Counted from the first letter of the stretch, positions 27,801 through 41,473 are shown. The stretch: DNA of 64,000 bases from Octopus bimaculoides (GCF_001194135.2 NC_068984.1:66329950-66393949); one strand, 5' to 3'. Notes: generated from the letters alone by a model not told the origin. Made by a program: numbers and translations.

Positions 27801-28674
27801 CTCTATTATTTGGTGATGAGGCTTTGGTTGTTTGATAAACTGAATTACTTACTCTTGAATTAATGCATAAGTGGCTGAGTGTTCCACAGATACTTATACT
27901 GTTACCATTATTCTCAGGTAGGGTTATAGGTAAAATTCACTTGATAGGTATCTATATAGTTTCCATCAGCTCAATTTCTCTAATGGGTTAACCTGAGGTT
28001 GGAGAAAATCTTATCCATCAACATGACACTGTGGTATTGGGCCTGATTCTTCGTGGCTAGGAAATAAACTTCCTAACCACTTGACCATGCTGCACCTACT
28101 CTAAAACAATACACTATGCATAAAGAAAGCAATATGGCTTATTAGTAAAGATTTACTTGTCAGCATCCTACACACACTATCCCTAGAGGTATGCACTTCA
28201 TTCTCTGGTTTCTTTTTCTACCATTACTGAAATGGCTTTTTGCATCACTAAAATAATAAGCTATATTTCATCTCCTGTCAATCTATTCTGACACATTTGT
28301 TTCATGCTTGTCTGTCTCTGTTTATTCAGAATGAAAAGATCCACATTTAAATACTAGAAAATATTTTGTCTGGCACTCTACTGATTCTGGTAAGTCACTG
28401 CTTTTTATACATAAGAATTAAAATAAGGTATTTCTTTGGGTGCTGACTGGCCAAGTAAATTCTCACACTCACCCAAAGAGTAAGTACTCAGATTGATAAA
28501 TTCAACACAATCATCAAATTTTACATAGAATTCTCGTGTGTGTATATATATATATATCTGTATGTATATAAATATAAAATACTTGAATACATGGTATATA
28601 TAGCCTATATGTAATAAAATATTATGTATATGTGTGTGTGTATACACACACCTATATACAAAATGAATAATACG

Positions 28675-28706
<32 letters not shown>

Positions 28707-29116
28707 TATGTATATATAAATACACACATACATATATCTGTATGTGTGTATGACAGAATGAAATATTCAATTTTGATGGAGTTCAGTTCATTTGGTACAT
28801 ACATGAACAAAGCAGTTCCTTTTGCTTAGCTATTGATGAAGATTTTTATTCTAAGGATAAGAAAATTTATTTGTATATAATAGGACAATATTCTAGAGGT
28901 TGTTATAGCTGGAATCATAATTCTTGTGTATCTGTACAGATATTTAATTTTAAATTTCTGTATACAATATAATATACACGACTGTTTAGAATTATTGAGA
29001 GTGGGTGGTAACAATTCTGATAGTGTAGATTTTTAGGCAATGATAATGAAATACGTATCCATGACTATTTGCATGCTAACATTTACTCAATTATTAATAT
29101 TAGTACAAATACACAT

Positions 29117-29161
<45 letters not shown>

Positions 29162-29328
29162 TGCGAGCATACACACACAGAAACGTGTGTTCCAGAAGTT
29201 TTGAAACCTTTTTAGTAGAGATATTTATAAGATCATTGTAACTTTTGTATATCATTACTTTACACTTAATAAGCTGACCTGCCACGTTTTGACAGTCCAG
29301 ATTGAAAGGGATGGCTGTAACAACACTT

Positions 29329-29556
29329 TTCACCCTTTAGCATTTAAACTAGCCATATCCAGCCTAAATATTATATCTGTTTTATGTTCAAACTGACTGG
29401 ATCTAGCTTCCTACTCCTACCCTACAGTGCCATTCTAAAAATAAACAATCCCATAATTGAAATCTCAAAGTTATGAGACAATGCATGATTAATTCAAAAC
29501 AATCTGAATGAATTAGCATTACATTTGATAGGGTTATCTGAATGCCTAAGGGTTAA
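29329..29556. mobile_element. piggyBac-like MITE, family 1
   Basis: TTCA-CCCTTTAGCATTT...AATGCCTAAGGG-TTAA. Confidence 0.7.
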
Positions 29557-29689
29557 AACACCCAACTAAACACAGCTTGTCACAGTTGACTAATTTGCAG
29601 AATACAGTCAGAACATTAAGACAATATGGAACCTTTCTATGCAATAAAGTTTTGTGTTAAAACTGGGCAAAAATACCACAGAAATTTAT

Positions 29690-29853
29690 GCGCAGGAGTG
29701 GTTGTGTGGTAAGTAGCTTGCTTACTTACCACATAGTTCCGGGTTCATTCCCACTGCGTGGCACCTTGGGCAAGTGTCTTCTACTATAACCTCGGGCCGA
29801 CCAAAGCCTTGTGAGTGGATTTGGTAGACAGAAACTGAAAGAAGCCTGTCATA

Positions 29854-29896
<43 letters not shown>

Positions 29897-30128
29897 GTGT
29901 GTTTGTGTGTCTGTGTTTGTCCCCCCATCATCGCTTGACAACCGATGCTGGTGTGTTTACATCCTCGTAACTTAGCGGTCCGGCAAAAAGAGTCCAATAG
30001 AATAAGTACTAGGCTTCCAAAGAATAAGTCCTGGAGTCGATTTGCTTGACTAAAGGCAGTGCTCCAGCATGGCCACAGTCAAATGACTGAAACAAGCAAA
30101 AGAGTAAAAAGTAAAGAGTAAAGAGTAA
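29690..30128 (+). mobile_element. SINE-A, full length with (AAAGAGTA)n tail
   Basis: Complete head GCAGGAGTGGTTGTGTGGTAAG through the repeated tail AAAGAGTA. Confidence 0.9.
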
Positions 30129-30129
30129 A

Positions 30130-30668
30130 TGCTCCAGACAGCTTGTGGATTAACTTGCTGGCACAAGAGTCCAGACAAAACAAGTCCACCAGGAAGTTCT
30201 TTAGGATCCTATTATTTTAACAGACAGCAAGGACATCATCTACATCCACTGGTTTCATTTTGGCCAGATGGTCAACAAAAAGTACTCTGTTGTGGTTTTG
30301 AGGGAGTTCAGAACAAGAGAGCATTGTAACAGACGAGAGCACTTTCACCAGAATAATGTACCAATCCAAATTTCCATCTTGGTAACCAACTACTTAACAG
30401 AGATGGGTATCAAAACTATTTCTCACTCTTTCTACTGTCTGTAACTTGCTCCCTGTGACTTTTGGTTGTTCCCTGAGCTGTAGCAAGGGTCCTGGATACC
30501 ATCATTTTCGAGGACTTCCTTGAGGCTTTCACGAAGTAGTTAGAGCACTACAACAAGTGCACTGAAGTAAGAGGATCCTACTTTGGAGAGAAGATTAGAA
30601 TATTGCCCTTCTTCAAATTTAGTACACGCCTCTCTGCAAAGGTGTCAAAATTTTCAGAATGCATTTCG

Positions 30669-30670
<2 letters not shown>
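30130..30670 (+). mobile_element. Decayed mariner transposase 3' half with right end
   Basis: Translation gives FHQNNVP...LVTNYLTEMGIKTISH...LAPCDFWLFPEL and ALQQVH*SKRILLW-region remnants matching the mariner HQDNAP and YSPDLAPCDFWLFP motifs. Ends ...CATTTCG-TA. Confidence 0.8.
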
Positions 30671-30697
<27 letters not shown>

Positions 30698-30699
<2 letters not shown>

Positions 30700-31146
30700 C
30701 ATCATCATCATCATCATCATCATCATCGTTTAACGTCCGCTTTCCATGCTAGCATGGGTTGGACGATTTGACTGAGGACTGGTGAAACCGGATGGCAACA
30801 CCAGGCTCCAATCTAATTTGGCAGAGTTTCTACAGCTGGATGCCCTTCTTAACGCCAACCACTCAGAGAGTGTAGTGGGTGTTTTTACGTGTCACCCGCA
30901 CGAAAACGGTCACGCTCGAAATGGTGTCTTTTATGTGCCACCCGCAGAAGCCAGTCCAGGAGCACTGGCAACGATCTCACTCGAAAATCGTACGGGAGCC
31001 AGTCAGGCGGTACTGGCAACGGCCACGCTCAAAATGGTGCATATCATGTGCCACCCGCACAAGAGCCAGTCCAGGGGCACTGGCAACGATCTTACTTGGC
31101 TTGCCGGGTCTTCTCACGCACAGCACATTTCCAAAGGTCTCGGTCA
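30698..31146 (-). mobile_element. 5'-truncated RTE-type LINE: ORF2 C-terminus, 3' UTR and (GAT)n tail
   Basis: The minus strand reads DRDLWKCAVREKTRQAK* (RTE DR..W motif), then a CpG-rich UTR with a duplicated unit and a GAT tail. Flanked by (TA)n on both sides. Confidence 0.85.
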
Positions 31147-31479
31147 ATATATATATATATATATCTTTGCAAATATATATATACATAAATTCCAACCTTA
31201 CTGTTAGATGTATGTTTCATTTCTTTCCCTGTGTTATTTTACAAGTCTTCTGGTAATAAAGTGCAATTTAATTTAAGGAGGCATATATCAAAGACTCCTT
31301 TTCTTTTGTTATATATCCTATTTAATTCCTTTCAAATTCAAATTCCGAAGTATTTGCCTTTGTATCCAAATAACTTTCTAGTAACAAAAACAAGGGGAGT
31401 ACTCTAAAGAAAATGATAGCAATCTGCATTTGTGTAGGAAAAAGTAATTCAGTAAGTTGCACTGTGTATATTCTTTTCT

Positions 31480-31685
31480 ACTCTCGGCACAAGGCCTGAA
31501 CTTTTTGGGAAGGGGGCCAGTTGATTAGATCGACCCAAGTATGCAACTGGTACTTAATTTATCGATCCCAAAAGGATGAAAGGCAAAGTCGACCTCAGCA
31601 GAATTTTAACTCAGAACGTAAAGACAGACAAAATACCTCTTAACATTTCGCCCGGCGTGCTAATGTTTCTGCCAGCTTGCTGTCT
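31480..31685 (-). mobile_element. SINE-B, low divergence
   Basis: Minus strand: GCTGGCAGAAACATTAGCACGCCGGGCGAAATG...GGTCGACTTTGCCTTTCATCC...TCGATAAATTAAGTACCAG. The central domain resembles the conserved Deu/Nin/Meta-type SINE domains; I cannot assign which. Confidence 0.8.
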
Positions 31686-33539
31686 TATCACAGAGTATAT
31701 TACAAAACCTAAGATAAATTTAAAGCAGTTGAAATACATTTTTTTAAGCCTTTCAGTATGGAATTTTAAGCAGACATAAATATAATTTTTTATTCTCTTT
31801 TTGCTAGGAAAAGTAAGAGATTGCTCTGGCATGTTTCACTGTGTGTTAACTCATCAGAAGAAAAGTAACCTCTTATTTTTGTGTTGAATAAGAGAAATTA
31901 TAAGCAAACTTGTTTTCCTTTACAAATGAAACATAAATTAAAACTTAGCTATAATAGCTAGACTAATTTGCATATCATGTGTTTGTTGTTGGTATAATTA
32001 AATAATTCATGAATATTTAAGTTAAAATCTGTTCTTTCACTACTTTAAAATAAAATTATCTTAAGTTTTTCATCTATTATATTATGTTTCAGGCATCTAT
32101 ATATATATATATATAATCATATTTTAAATATGATATATGTTATATATATGCAAAGGTAGAGGAATATTGATGTTGTTGAACAAAGAGAAAATTATAAATT
32201 TTGTGTTAGCGTGTATATATATGAGTATATATTGTATATATGCCTGTGTGTGTATGTACATTTGGATGTCTGTGTGTCTGTGTGTGCGTGTGTGTGTTTG
32301 TTTATATATCTGCTTAAGTATACAAGTGTGTGTCAATATATATATATAAATATAGGCATATGTATGTGTGTGTGTGTGTGTATACATGCAAAAATGTGGA
32401 ATGCAGGTATTCATAGTATTGTTAGTTCAACATGTTATTACAAATTAATTATATAGTAGAGTTTCTCTTCAGATAAAGAAAACAAGAGCTAAAGGAGAAA
32501 CATAAAAAAAAAACTAAGCTACCTGGTCAACTTTAGGGAGAATATTTACCTGGACTCTCTACCCATTTGTCCTAGTCACAGTAAATAGTTATACTTTGGA
32601 CCTATCTGACCTACTTTTTTCCCTCTGAGAGACGCATAGAGCTTCCACAGTTCAAGAAAATTATGCATGAAATTTTGATTATGTACACCTACACCTTGAA
32701 ATATATGCCTGGAGGCTGGCAGTTGAATATCTTTGAACACATTCATGATTCCTAGTCACCAACAACAGCCAGTGTATGCACATGTGTGCATGTGTGTGTA
32801 TGTGTGTGTGAGAATGTGTATATATGTATAAGAATATGTGTACGTGTGTATACGTATAAGTATACATATATGTGTGCATTTGTATGTAATTATATTTAAG
32901 GAGAGTCCAAATAATAAGTTTCTAACATTTGCTGAAGTCTTATTGCTAAAGGAGATGAAAGAATATTTAAACTCTCTTGAAATACTGGTGTGTGTTTGTG
33001 TATGCAAGTATGCGTGAGTGCGAGTATGTGTGTCTATATATGTATATATATTGTTATTCTCATCAATTAACAACCATGTTCCATTCTGGCATGGGTTAAA
33101 TGGACAAGATCCTAAGACCAATGAGTGCATCATGCTCTAGTATCTATGTGGCATGGTTTCTATAGTTGGATGCCCTTCTTAATGCCAACCATTTCATAGT
33201 GGTTGCTTTTGTCTTCCTACCAGCACTTGTGAGGTCCGTATGTAGCATGCAATGCTACAACCCTCAAATGGGGAGAGGGTCATTAGAGATTGCATAGAAA
33301 AGGGTAAGAGATAAGAAAAAAGGGCTAGAGTGAAAGAGGTTTAGAAGAGAAAGTTGGTTGGGGTGGGGGGAGAGCTGGAAATTGATGATATATAATTATA
33401 ATTTCTGGTTGATAACAAGGCACATTTAACTTTGACAATACTGTGATAAAACTAAATATTATGGGGTTTAAAATATTTGTTGCACACTTTCTCCTAGGCC
33501 ACAGCATTTATTATTTATAATGTGTTTGTCCCCATTACC

Positions 33540-34560
33540 ACTTGACAATCGGTGTTGACAATCGGCATAGCAGTTTGGCAAAAGAGATCGACAGAATAAG
33601 TGGCAGGGTTAAAAAAGTACTGGTGTAGATTCATTTGACTAAAATTCAGCATGGTCGCAGTCTGATGACTGAAATAAGTAAAATAATAAAAGAATATGCA
33701 TATACTCTTTTACTCTTTTACTTGTTTCAGTCATTTGACTGTGGCCATGCTGGAGCACCACTTTTAGTCGAGCAAATCGACCCCGGGACTTATTCTCAGT
33801 AAGCCTAGTACTTATTCTATCGGTCTCTTTTGCCAAACCGCTAAGTGACGAGGACATAAACACACCAGCATCTGTTGTCAAGCAATGCTAGGGGGACAAA
33901 AACAGACACAATCTCACACACACGCATATATATATTCATATATACAACGGGCTTCTTTCAGTTTCCGTCTACCAAATCCACTCACAAGGCTTTGCTCAAG
34001 GCTTTGCTCAGCCCGAGGCTGTAGTAAAAGACACTAGCCCAAGATGCCACGCAATGGGACTGAACCCAGAACCATGTGGTTGGTAAGCAAGCTACTTACC
34101 ACACAGCCACTCCTGCGCCAAATGTACTATAAACTATGTATATATATCACATATTTTATATATTGTGGCTATGTAGTAAGAAACTGGCTATGTGGTAAGA
34201 AGCTTCCTTTTCAGCCACATGGTTCCAGGTTCAGTCCCACTGCATGGCACCTTGGGCAAGTGTCTTCTACTACAACATCAGGCCAATCAAAGCCTTGTTA
34301 GTGGATTTGGCAGACTGAAACTGAAAAAAACATGAGTGTGTGTGTGTGTGAGTGTTTGTATGTGTGTCTTTTATGCCTGTATTTGTTCCCCACTACTGCT
34401 TGACAACTGGTGTTGGTGTCATTATATCTCCGTATCTGGTGGTTCAGCAAAAGGGACTGATATAATAAGTACCGGGCTTTAAAAAAAATGTCCTGGGGTC
34501 AATACATTTGACTAAAAATTTCTTCAAGGCACTGCCCCAGCATGGCTGCAGACTAATGAA
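33540..34560. mobile_element. Cluster of three SINE-A copies in alternating orientation
   Basis: + 3' part at ~33540-33697, - full copy at ~33700-34120, + copy at ~34180-34560. Confidence 0.8.
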
Positions 34561-34787
34561 TAAAACAAGTAAAAGATAAAAAAGATTATATACATACTAA
34601 CACACATGTACATCTGAAATATTCGCTAGTTCCTGAAGACTGGGATCGTAACCCTGAAATATTGAATGCAGTGTAAGTCACCATTAATTCATATACCTGT
34701 TTACTTGTGATTTGCCTTGGGTTTATTTTGCATTGTTCCATCCAGCCTTACCCACAAATTTTCATATAATACATATGTCTGTCTATC

Positions 34788-34829
<42 letters not shown>

Positions 34830-35656
34830 TATATGTATACTATGTATGTGCGTGTGTGTGTATTTATTGTGTCAAATATGTACATTTTATTTTAAGCACG
34901 TAAATTTTCTAAGAGGATATATATTGCAACTGAAGTAAACTTCCTCTTTTATTTCAAAAGACTGAAAAAAAAAAAAAAAGGTCATTTAGAATGTTTACTG
35001 TGTTGATAGCATCATCTTATACTTGGCAGCTGTAGCATAGTGTACTTACTGAGAGAAGCTGCTGTACTGCTATTAGAATGTAACAATAGTTGTAGGATGT
35101 CTAGTGTGAAACAATATCAATCTGTTGTTGAATTTCAGTGTGTAATTAAAGCGACATGCTGCTCTTAGTTCTTGTTGTTGCTGCTGCTATTTTTATTGAT
35201 GTAATTGTTGTTGTATAGATGCATCTTTATAGAGGTGGTAGGAGGGAATCATTGAAAACCTTTGTTTATCTTGTTGGGCTGAAGGTAAACAGCGATCATA
35301 ATTCAAGTGCATTTGTTTCACCACCTCTCTCGATATTCAGTCGCTATTTTTATCATCTCTTCCAGCTTTACCTTTGTCTCTGTGTAACGATGAGGTTATG
35401 CTTGCTTCTCTGTATATACATATCGTTTGTGTGTATATATATCCATTTATCATACATACATACATACATACAGACATACACACATACAAAATTCTATATA
35501 TGCATGTAAAGTATACAGATATTAGTTATATTTGAATACATATATTACAGATGTATATACTTGTAGATGTGTATATAATGATTAGAAATACATTTACATG
35601 CGGATACCTGCCTACAAACAGATATATATATATTATGTATATGTATATCTATATTT

Positions 35657-35702
<46 letters not shown>

Positions 35703-36308
35703 NNNNNNNNNNNNNNNNNNNNNNNNNNNNNNNNNNNNNNNNNNNNNNNNNNNNNNNNNNNNNNNNNNNNNNNNNNNNNNNNNNNNNNNNNNNNNNNNNN
35801 NNNNNNNNNNNNNNNNNNNNNNNNNNNNNNNNNNNNNNNNNNNNNNNNNNNNNNNNNNNNNNNNNNNNNNNNNNNNNNNNNNNNNNNNNNNNNNNNNNNN
35901 NNNNNNNNNNNNNNNNNNNNNNNNNNNNNNNNNNNNNNNNNNNNNNNNNNNNNNNNNNNNNNNNNNNNNNNNNNNNNNNNNNNNNNNNNNNNNNNNNNNN
36001 NNNNNNNNNNNNNNNNNNNNNNNNNNNNNNNNNNNNNNNNNNNNNNNNNNNNNNNNNNNNNNNNNNNNNNNNNNNNNNNNNNNNNNNNNNNNNNNNNNNN
36101 NNNNNNNNNNNNNNNNNNNNNNNNNNNNNNNNNNNNNNNNNNNNNNNNNNNNNNNNNNNNNNNNNNNNNNNNNNNNNNNNNNNNNNNNNNNNNNNNNNNN
36201 NNNNNNNNNNNNNNNNNNNNNNNNNNNNNNNNNNNNNNNNNNNNNNNNNNNNNNNNNNNNNNNNNNNNNNNNNNNNNNNNNNNNNNNNNNNNNNNNNNNN
36301 NNNNNNNN
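35703..36308. other. Assembly gap (others at 7485-7532, 8161-8455, 16001-16011, 24238-24553, 58486-58495)
   Basis: N runs, mostly bordered by microsatellites. Distances across them are unreliable. Confidence 0.99.
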
Positions 36309-36364
<56 letters not shown>

Positions 36365-36620
36365 ACTGTCTACCTACATTGACATTTTGTGCTAGTTGTA
36401 AATGAGTATCACCATCGTGCAAGCCATGTCCTTCATTTGCTATCTTCCATAAAACATTTCTAGCCATGTAGAAATACTACCTTATTCAAGAACGGGTGAT
36501 GGTCGGTGACAGGAAAGGTATGTGGCTGTAGAAAAATATGCCTCAAAAACATTGCATCTAACCCATACAATTATGGGGAAGTGAATGTTAAAATTATATT
36601 TGGTGACGATGATGATTTCT
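36365..36620 (+). mobile_element. Older repeat ending in an RTE-like tail (also ~17500-17680, ~27430-27665, ~39020-39245, ~59450-59610)
   Basis: Shared GACAGGAAAGGCATC..GCTGTAGAAAA..TGCCTC...ACCCATGCAAGCATGGAAAAGTGGA..TTAAA.GATGATG, homologous to the RTE 3' end. Confidence 0.6.
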
Positions 36621-37959
36621 AAGAATTATCTCCTCTTTTCTAACAATTACTTCTAGCTCCCTTGTTTTGCTGCCCATCTAAAAAGCAAATTTCAGTTCAT
36701 TGAGAATTTTTTTTGCATACAATCAGTCAGTGCATCACTACCTTACCACATTATATACACTCTTTCTTTTATACACTTTCTAACACCTCACGCACACACT
36801 CATATCTACATGCGTGCACACACACATATACATATGCACACACGTATATATATATATTCCTCTGTATGTAGTTTATATTTCTACATACATACTTGAAGTG
36901 TGAAATGAATGCTGAATAGGTTTATGCCATGAAATCATAGTAATTTCACAATACACCTTTATAACAAGCTGATTGAAATAGCTTTTCAATGTATTGGAAA
37001 TAGAAGCATCTAACATAAAATTTCTCAAATAAAAAAGGAATGTCTGACAATGAAATCTGTTACTATTTCTAATGGAATTATATTTTACTCATAAAATTAT
37101 AAAAAGAAATTACCTTGTAGATTAAATAAAGTAAAATATTAAAAAAGTAACTCTGGCATTTAAAAATTTGAAACAAAACTTTTTCTGCTTCTATATATGG
37201 AAGGAAATAATTTAACTAACAAGCCAATGAGGAAGTGGGGGGGTCTCTATATGATTACATGTCCTGCTAAAAATAGCAGGCAAATCTCCTTTGAATTACT
37301 CATTATCAGCTGAAAAAAATGTGAAGGACACGCCAGATAATGTCACTTTAGATAACCTCCCCTATTAAAAACAGGATGTTTTATAGCTAGAATATATTTT
37401 TTTATTATAGGTTTGATTGGTCAAGATTGACCTTGGGTCTAACAATAACAGTTTTTTTATGAAAGAGAAACATTGCTTACTCTCCACTTTGAAACTACAT
37501 GGTTTCAAATTCTGTCTACAGTAGAAGACATTTGCCCAAGATTTGTCTTGTGAGTGAATTTGGTTGATGGAAACTGTTAGAAAGCCCATTCAATGTGTCT
37601 AGTACATACATGTGTGTGTGTGTGTGTGTGCACGTCTCTTTTTACCTTTTTTGGCTCCCCTCCCACCACTTGATAACCAGTGTTGGCTTGTTTATGTCTT
37701 TGTAACTTAGCAGTTTTGTAAGGGACCAATCAAATAAATACCAGATTTAGAAAATAAATATTGGAATTTATCTGTGCTCCAGCATGGCTGTAGTGCAGTG
37801 ACTGAAGCAAGTAAAAGATTATCTATTAAGGAATTCTTTTTAGAGAATAGCTATCTTTGAAACCTTTTTAGTACTTCGAGGTAGAATTTCTAAATCCATC
37901 TTATCCTCAATAAGCTTTGTCAGTATATTATTAGTAAAAAAATAAAGGGTAAAAGACCT

Positions 37960-38288
37960 CTGTTGGTTACGAAAGACCATGGGATTACACTTGGAAAGTT
38001 ACCCTCCAAGACACAAGTCTGGGCAAGGTTGTTTATGGCAGACCAGCAGGCACCCATGCATATCAGTCTCCCCTCTCCATGCTACCAATGTTGTCCAAGA
38101 GAAAGGCAAAGGCTGATATGGTTCAGCTCCAGTGATGTTGCAACTCATTTCAACAACTGATTGAATGGGAGCAACATGAAATAAAGAGTCTTGCTCAATG
38201 ACACAACACACAACCCAGTCCAGGAATCAAACTCACAACCTCACCCTTGTAAGCCTGACGTGCTAACCACTGAGCCATGTGCCTTCAC
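37960..38288 (-). mobile_element. tRNA-derived SINE, family C (related copy at ~58538-58807, minus)
   Basis: Minus head GTGAAGGCACATGGCTCAGTGGTTAG...GAGTTTGATTCC (A and B boxes), then TTGAGCAAGACTCTTTATTTCA. Confidence 0.7.
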
Positions 38289-41200
38289 AAATTACAAGAG
38301 GATTTATGAAAATGAATGTTCTTTCAATATTTACTGAGTTCCCTCCTTTGAATTGTAAGCTATCTTTGATTCAATAACTTCTCTTTTCTATAACCAATTT
38401 CATTCAGTATATTTCCTTTTCCAGATGGGTTACTGATTTCTAAATATATTTTATGTAACTCTGTAAATAACTCCTATGTAAAGTCTCAAGCTGATGATTG
38501 CTAAAATTACAAAACTCCAAATCTATTGAGTTTGGCTTTGTCTAGCGTTAACTTTTATTCATACAGGTTGACTGTCTGGTTAAGACATTCACTTCCAAAT
38601 TACATGGTCTTGAGTTCAGTCTTACTGTATTGTGCCTTGAGCAAGTAAGTGTCTTCTACTATAGTCTTGGATTGACCAAGCCTCATGAGTGGATCTGGAA
38701 GACAGAAACTGAAAGAAATCTGTCGTACACACACACACACACACACACATGACAGGCTATATATATATGTACACAAATGACTTGTAGGGACACCATATTT
38801 TATGCAAATGATAATATACTAAAAGTATATTAAATCTTTTTTGTAAGTCAATACTGTATTCTACTGGGTTAACAGTGCTATTACATCATTTGTTTAGGTT
38901 ATCTCTACAGTGGTGGCTATAACTTCTATAGAATTTCTGTAGAGATAACCTTAATAAGTGATACATATATGCATGCATGCATGTATGTATGTATGTATGT
39001 ATGTAGGTGTGTTTGCATCTCTTTGTCTTGACATTGTGTGATAGTTGTAAATTATGATCATGGTCACACGCAATGATGTTTGTTTCTAATCTTTCATGAA
39101 AACATGTCAAACAATGAGGGAATATCACCTAGTACAGAAACTGGTGAGGGTTGGCAACAGGTAAGGCATCTGGTTGAAGAATATCTGCCTCAATGAATTC
39201 TGTCTAACCCATGCAAACATAAAAAAGTGGGATATTAGAATGATGATATCATATTGCCTCTTTCCATCTGAAGAGCCTCAGTAAATCTGTCTTACAACAG
39301 TATCAATCCATGTATAACCATATAATCAAGGAGTTTGCCTTGCAATTATGTGATTACAAGTTAGATGCTGATGAGTGGTATGTTGGATAAGTTAGGTCTT
39401 CAGATCGAAGACAGTTAGTTTGTTGCTTTTCTTTTTTTTTTATGTCCTTTTAAAAGTCATGGATTTGACTCTTCTCTATGTCATAAATAAAATGTAAAAC
39501 ACACTTCCTTGTAGCATTTTTGATTGGTATCTTCCTTTTGAAAAATTCTTTTCAAGAATGTGAATTATTCTTTTTTGCTTTAAATTGAAATCCAGATTAT
39601 TGATATTTTCACACATATCATCATCATTTGACGTCTGTGTTCCATGCTGGTATGGGTAGGCTGGTTTGTTAGGATCCAGGGTGTCAAAAGATTGCACTGT
39701 GCTCCATTGTCTATGTCTGGATGTCCTTTCTAAAAATCAACCTTTTTTACAGTGTGTACTGGGTGCTTTTCTTGCGCCAGTGGCACTAGTGAGGTTGTGA
39801 AATAGCTTAGGAGCATGCAAAACCCAAAGGAAGGAGCCTTATGCTGGCATATGTGGATTAAGGTATGAAAGGAGTAAGGGTAGGGGAGCAGAGCAGGCTC
39901 TTATAGGAAATCTACATGGCTACTCAACTTTAGGAGAGAGTTAGAAATGAATTAGTTTTATGTTTAAATAGAAAAGAAGATACTATCCAAGGCTATAAGT
40001 CGTACATAATCTACTGTAGAGAAGACTAGAAAATCTGATTGAGTTTTAAATTTGATCCAACACTGTAAAACTATCAGTTTTCACTATCATTTCCTTTGCT
40101 GGTCTGATGGATTTTGTTATCTGAATATCCTTCAGCTCAGCTTAGTGCTTTCTTCAGTTTTACTTTGAGTACACAACTCTGCTTATAATGAAAATAAATT
40201 TCTTCTCTGCCATTTATATTTCCTCTGGCAGTGTCAGATTTGTACTTAAGCCTTTTCCAATGTTGTGAACAAGCTTATCTTTTTGCCAGAAGTTAAATAT
40301 TTATTCCTTCTTGATTGTGAAAACTATCATATAGTATTTTGAGCATCGAATCACATTTATCTCCTGAAATAGATTGTAGTAATTTTCAAAAGTTTGTCTA
40401 GAATCATTTTTATTTTATTCCTCCATTTATTCAATAGAGAAATTTATAACAAGTTTTTTTTTTTTTAGAGATATTATTCTAATACATGTGCATATATGAA
40501 TGAGAGAGAGAGAGAGAATAGAATAGGTGGCATGGTATGCTATAATTGTAAGTTCTTGAACTACATCTGTAGCCTAGTTTTGTTTCCTCTTCCTCTCGTA
40601 TAACACCTTTGGCAAAGACATGCATGCTATATAGTATCATTTCTATCTCTTATAAATGTGAGGTTTCATTATTTACACTATGTATAATATATGATGTGCA
40701 AATACTATTCAGTAAGGTTTATTAATTTGTTGAAAGAAACACTAAACTCAAGTTTATGTGACACACTGACTGACAGGACTACAAAACTTTCATTATATGA
40801 AGCAGAACAATCTTGCAACACCATATCCTCATTAACTAATTTTTATTTATTAATTACTTCAACTGGTGAATTTGCTTGTGTTGATGTTAAGTTTTAACTG
40901 CTGTAGATTGATACCTAGTGAGAAAAGGTGGTCATGAAGAGAATTTCAGGTTTATATATTACTTGAAAGGAATGATTGAGAAAAATGGAAAAAAGTATTT
41001 AACACCTTGCTTGTCATTTTTATAAGTTTGTTATAAATATCTATGCTTATTTTCAGATTTTTAGTTAACCCTGGTTTCTCACATTCTGAGTAATATAAAG
41101 CTTTCCTTTCATAATTCCCATGTTAGTGTGGTGGGCGATAGAAAATTAGGAATGTGTAACATATGTGATGTGTGGATGCCAGGGAAAAATTTCCTGTGTA

Positions 41201-41473
41201 TTACAAGTGATACACAGGACAGGTGAAGGGTTAATGTAGGATGTGGAGGATCAGTTTGATCTTGTCTATGTATAAATCAATGTGTATTTGTCCGTCTTTC
41301 CTGCGTGTCTCCAGTACATGGTGTTGGCATATTAAGTAGATGAGATGAGAAAAAATTTACTCTTGTAAAGAATACTAGTCTATCACAGGTTACTTATCTC
41401 ATTGATGGAACTAATGTCATCCTAGCAAAGTAATAGATTACTTGGGTATTTGCAAATCAACAATTGCTTCAGC

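Noticed and set aside
31815-31860. Minus-strand CTGATGA...GAAA resembling a second hammerhead
   Set aside because: There is no credible stem I or II and no UH cleavage triplet. CTGATGA at ~9095 and ~57782 also lacks GAAA.
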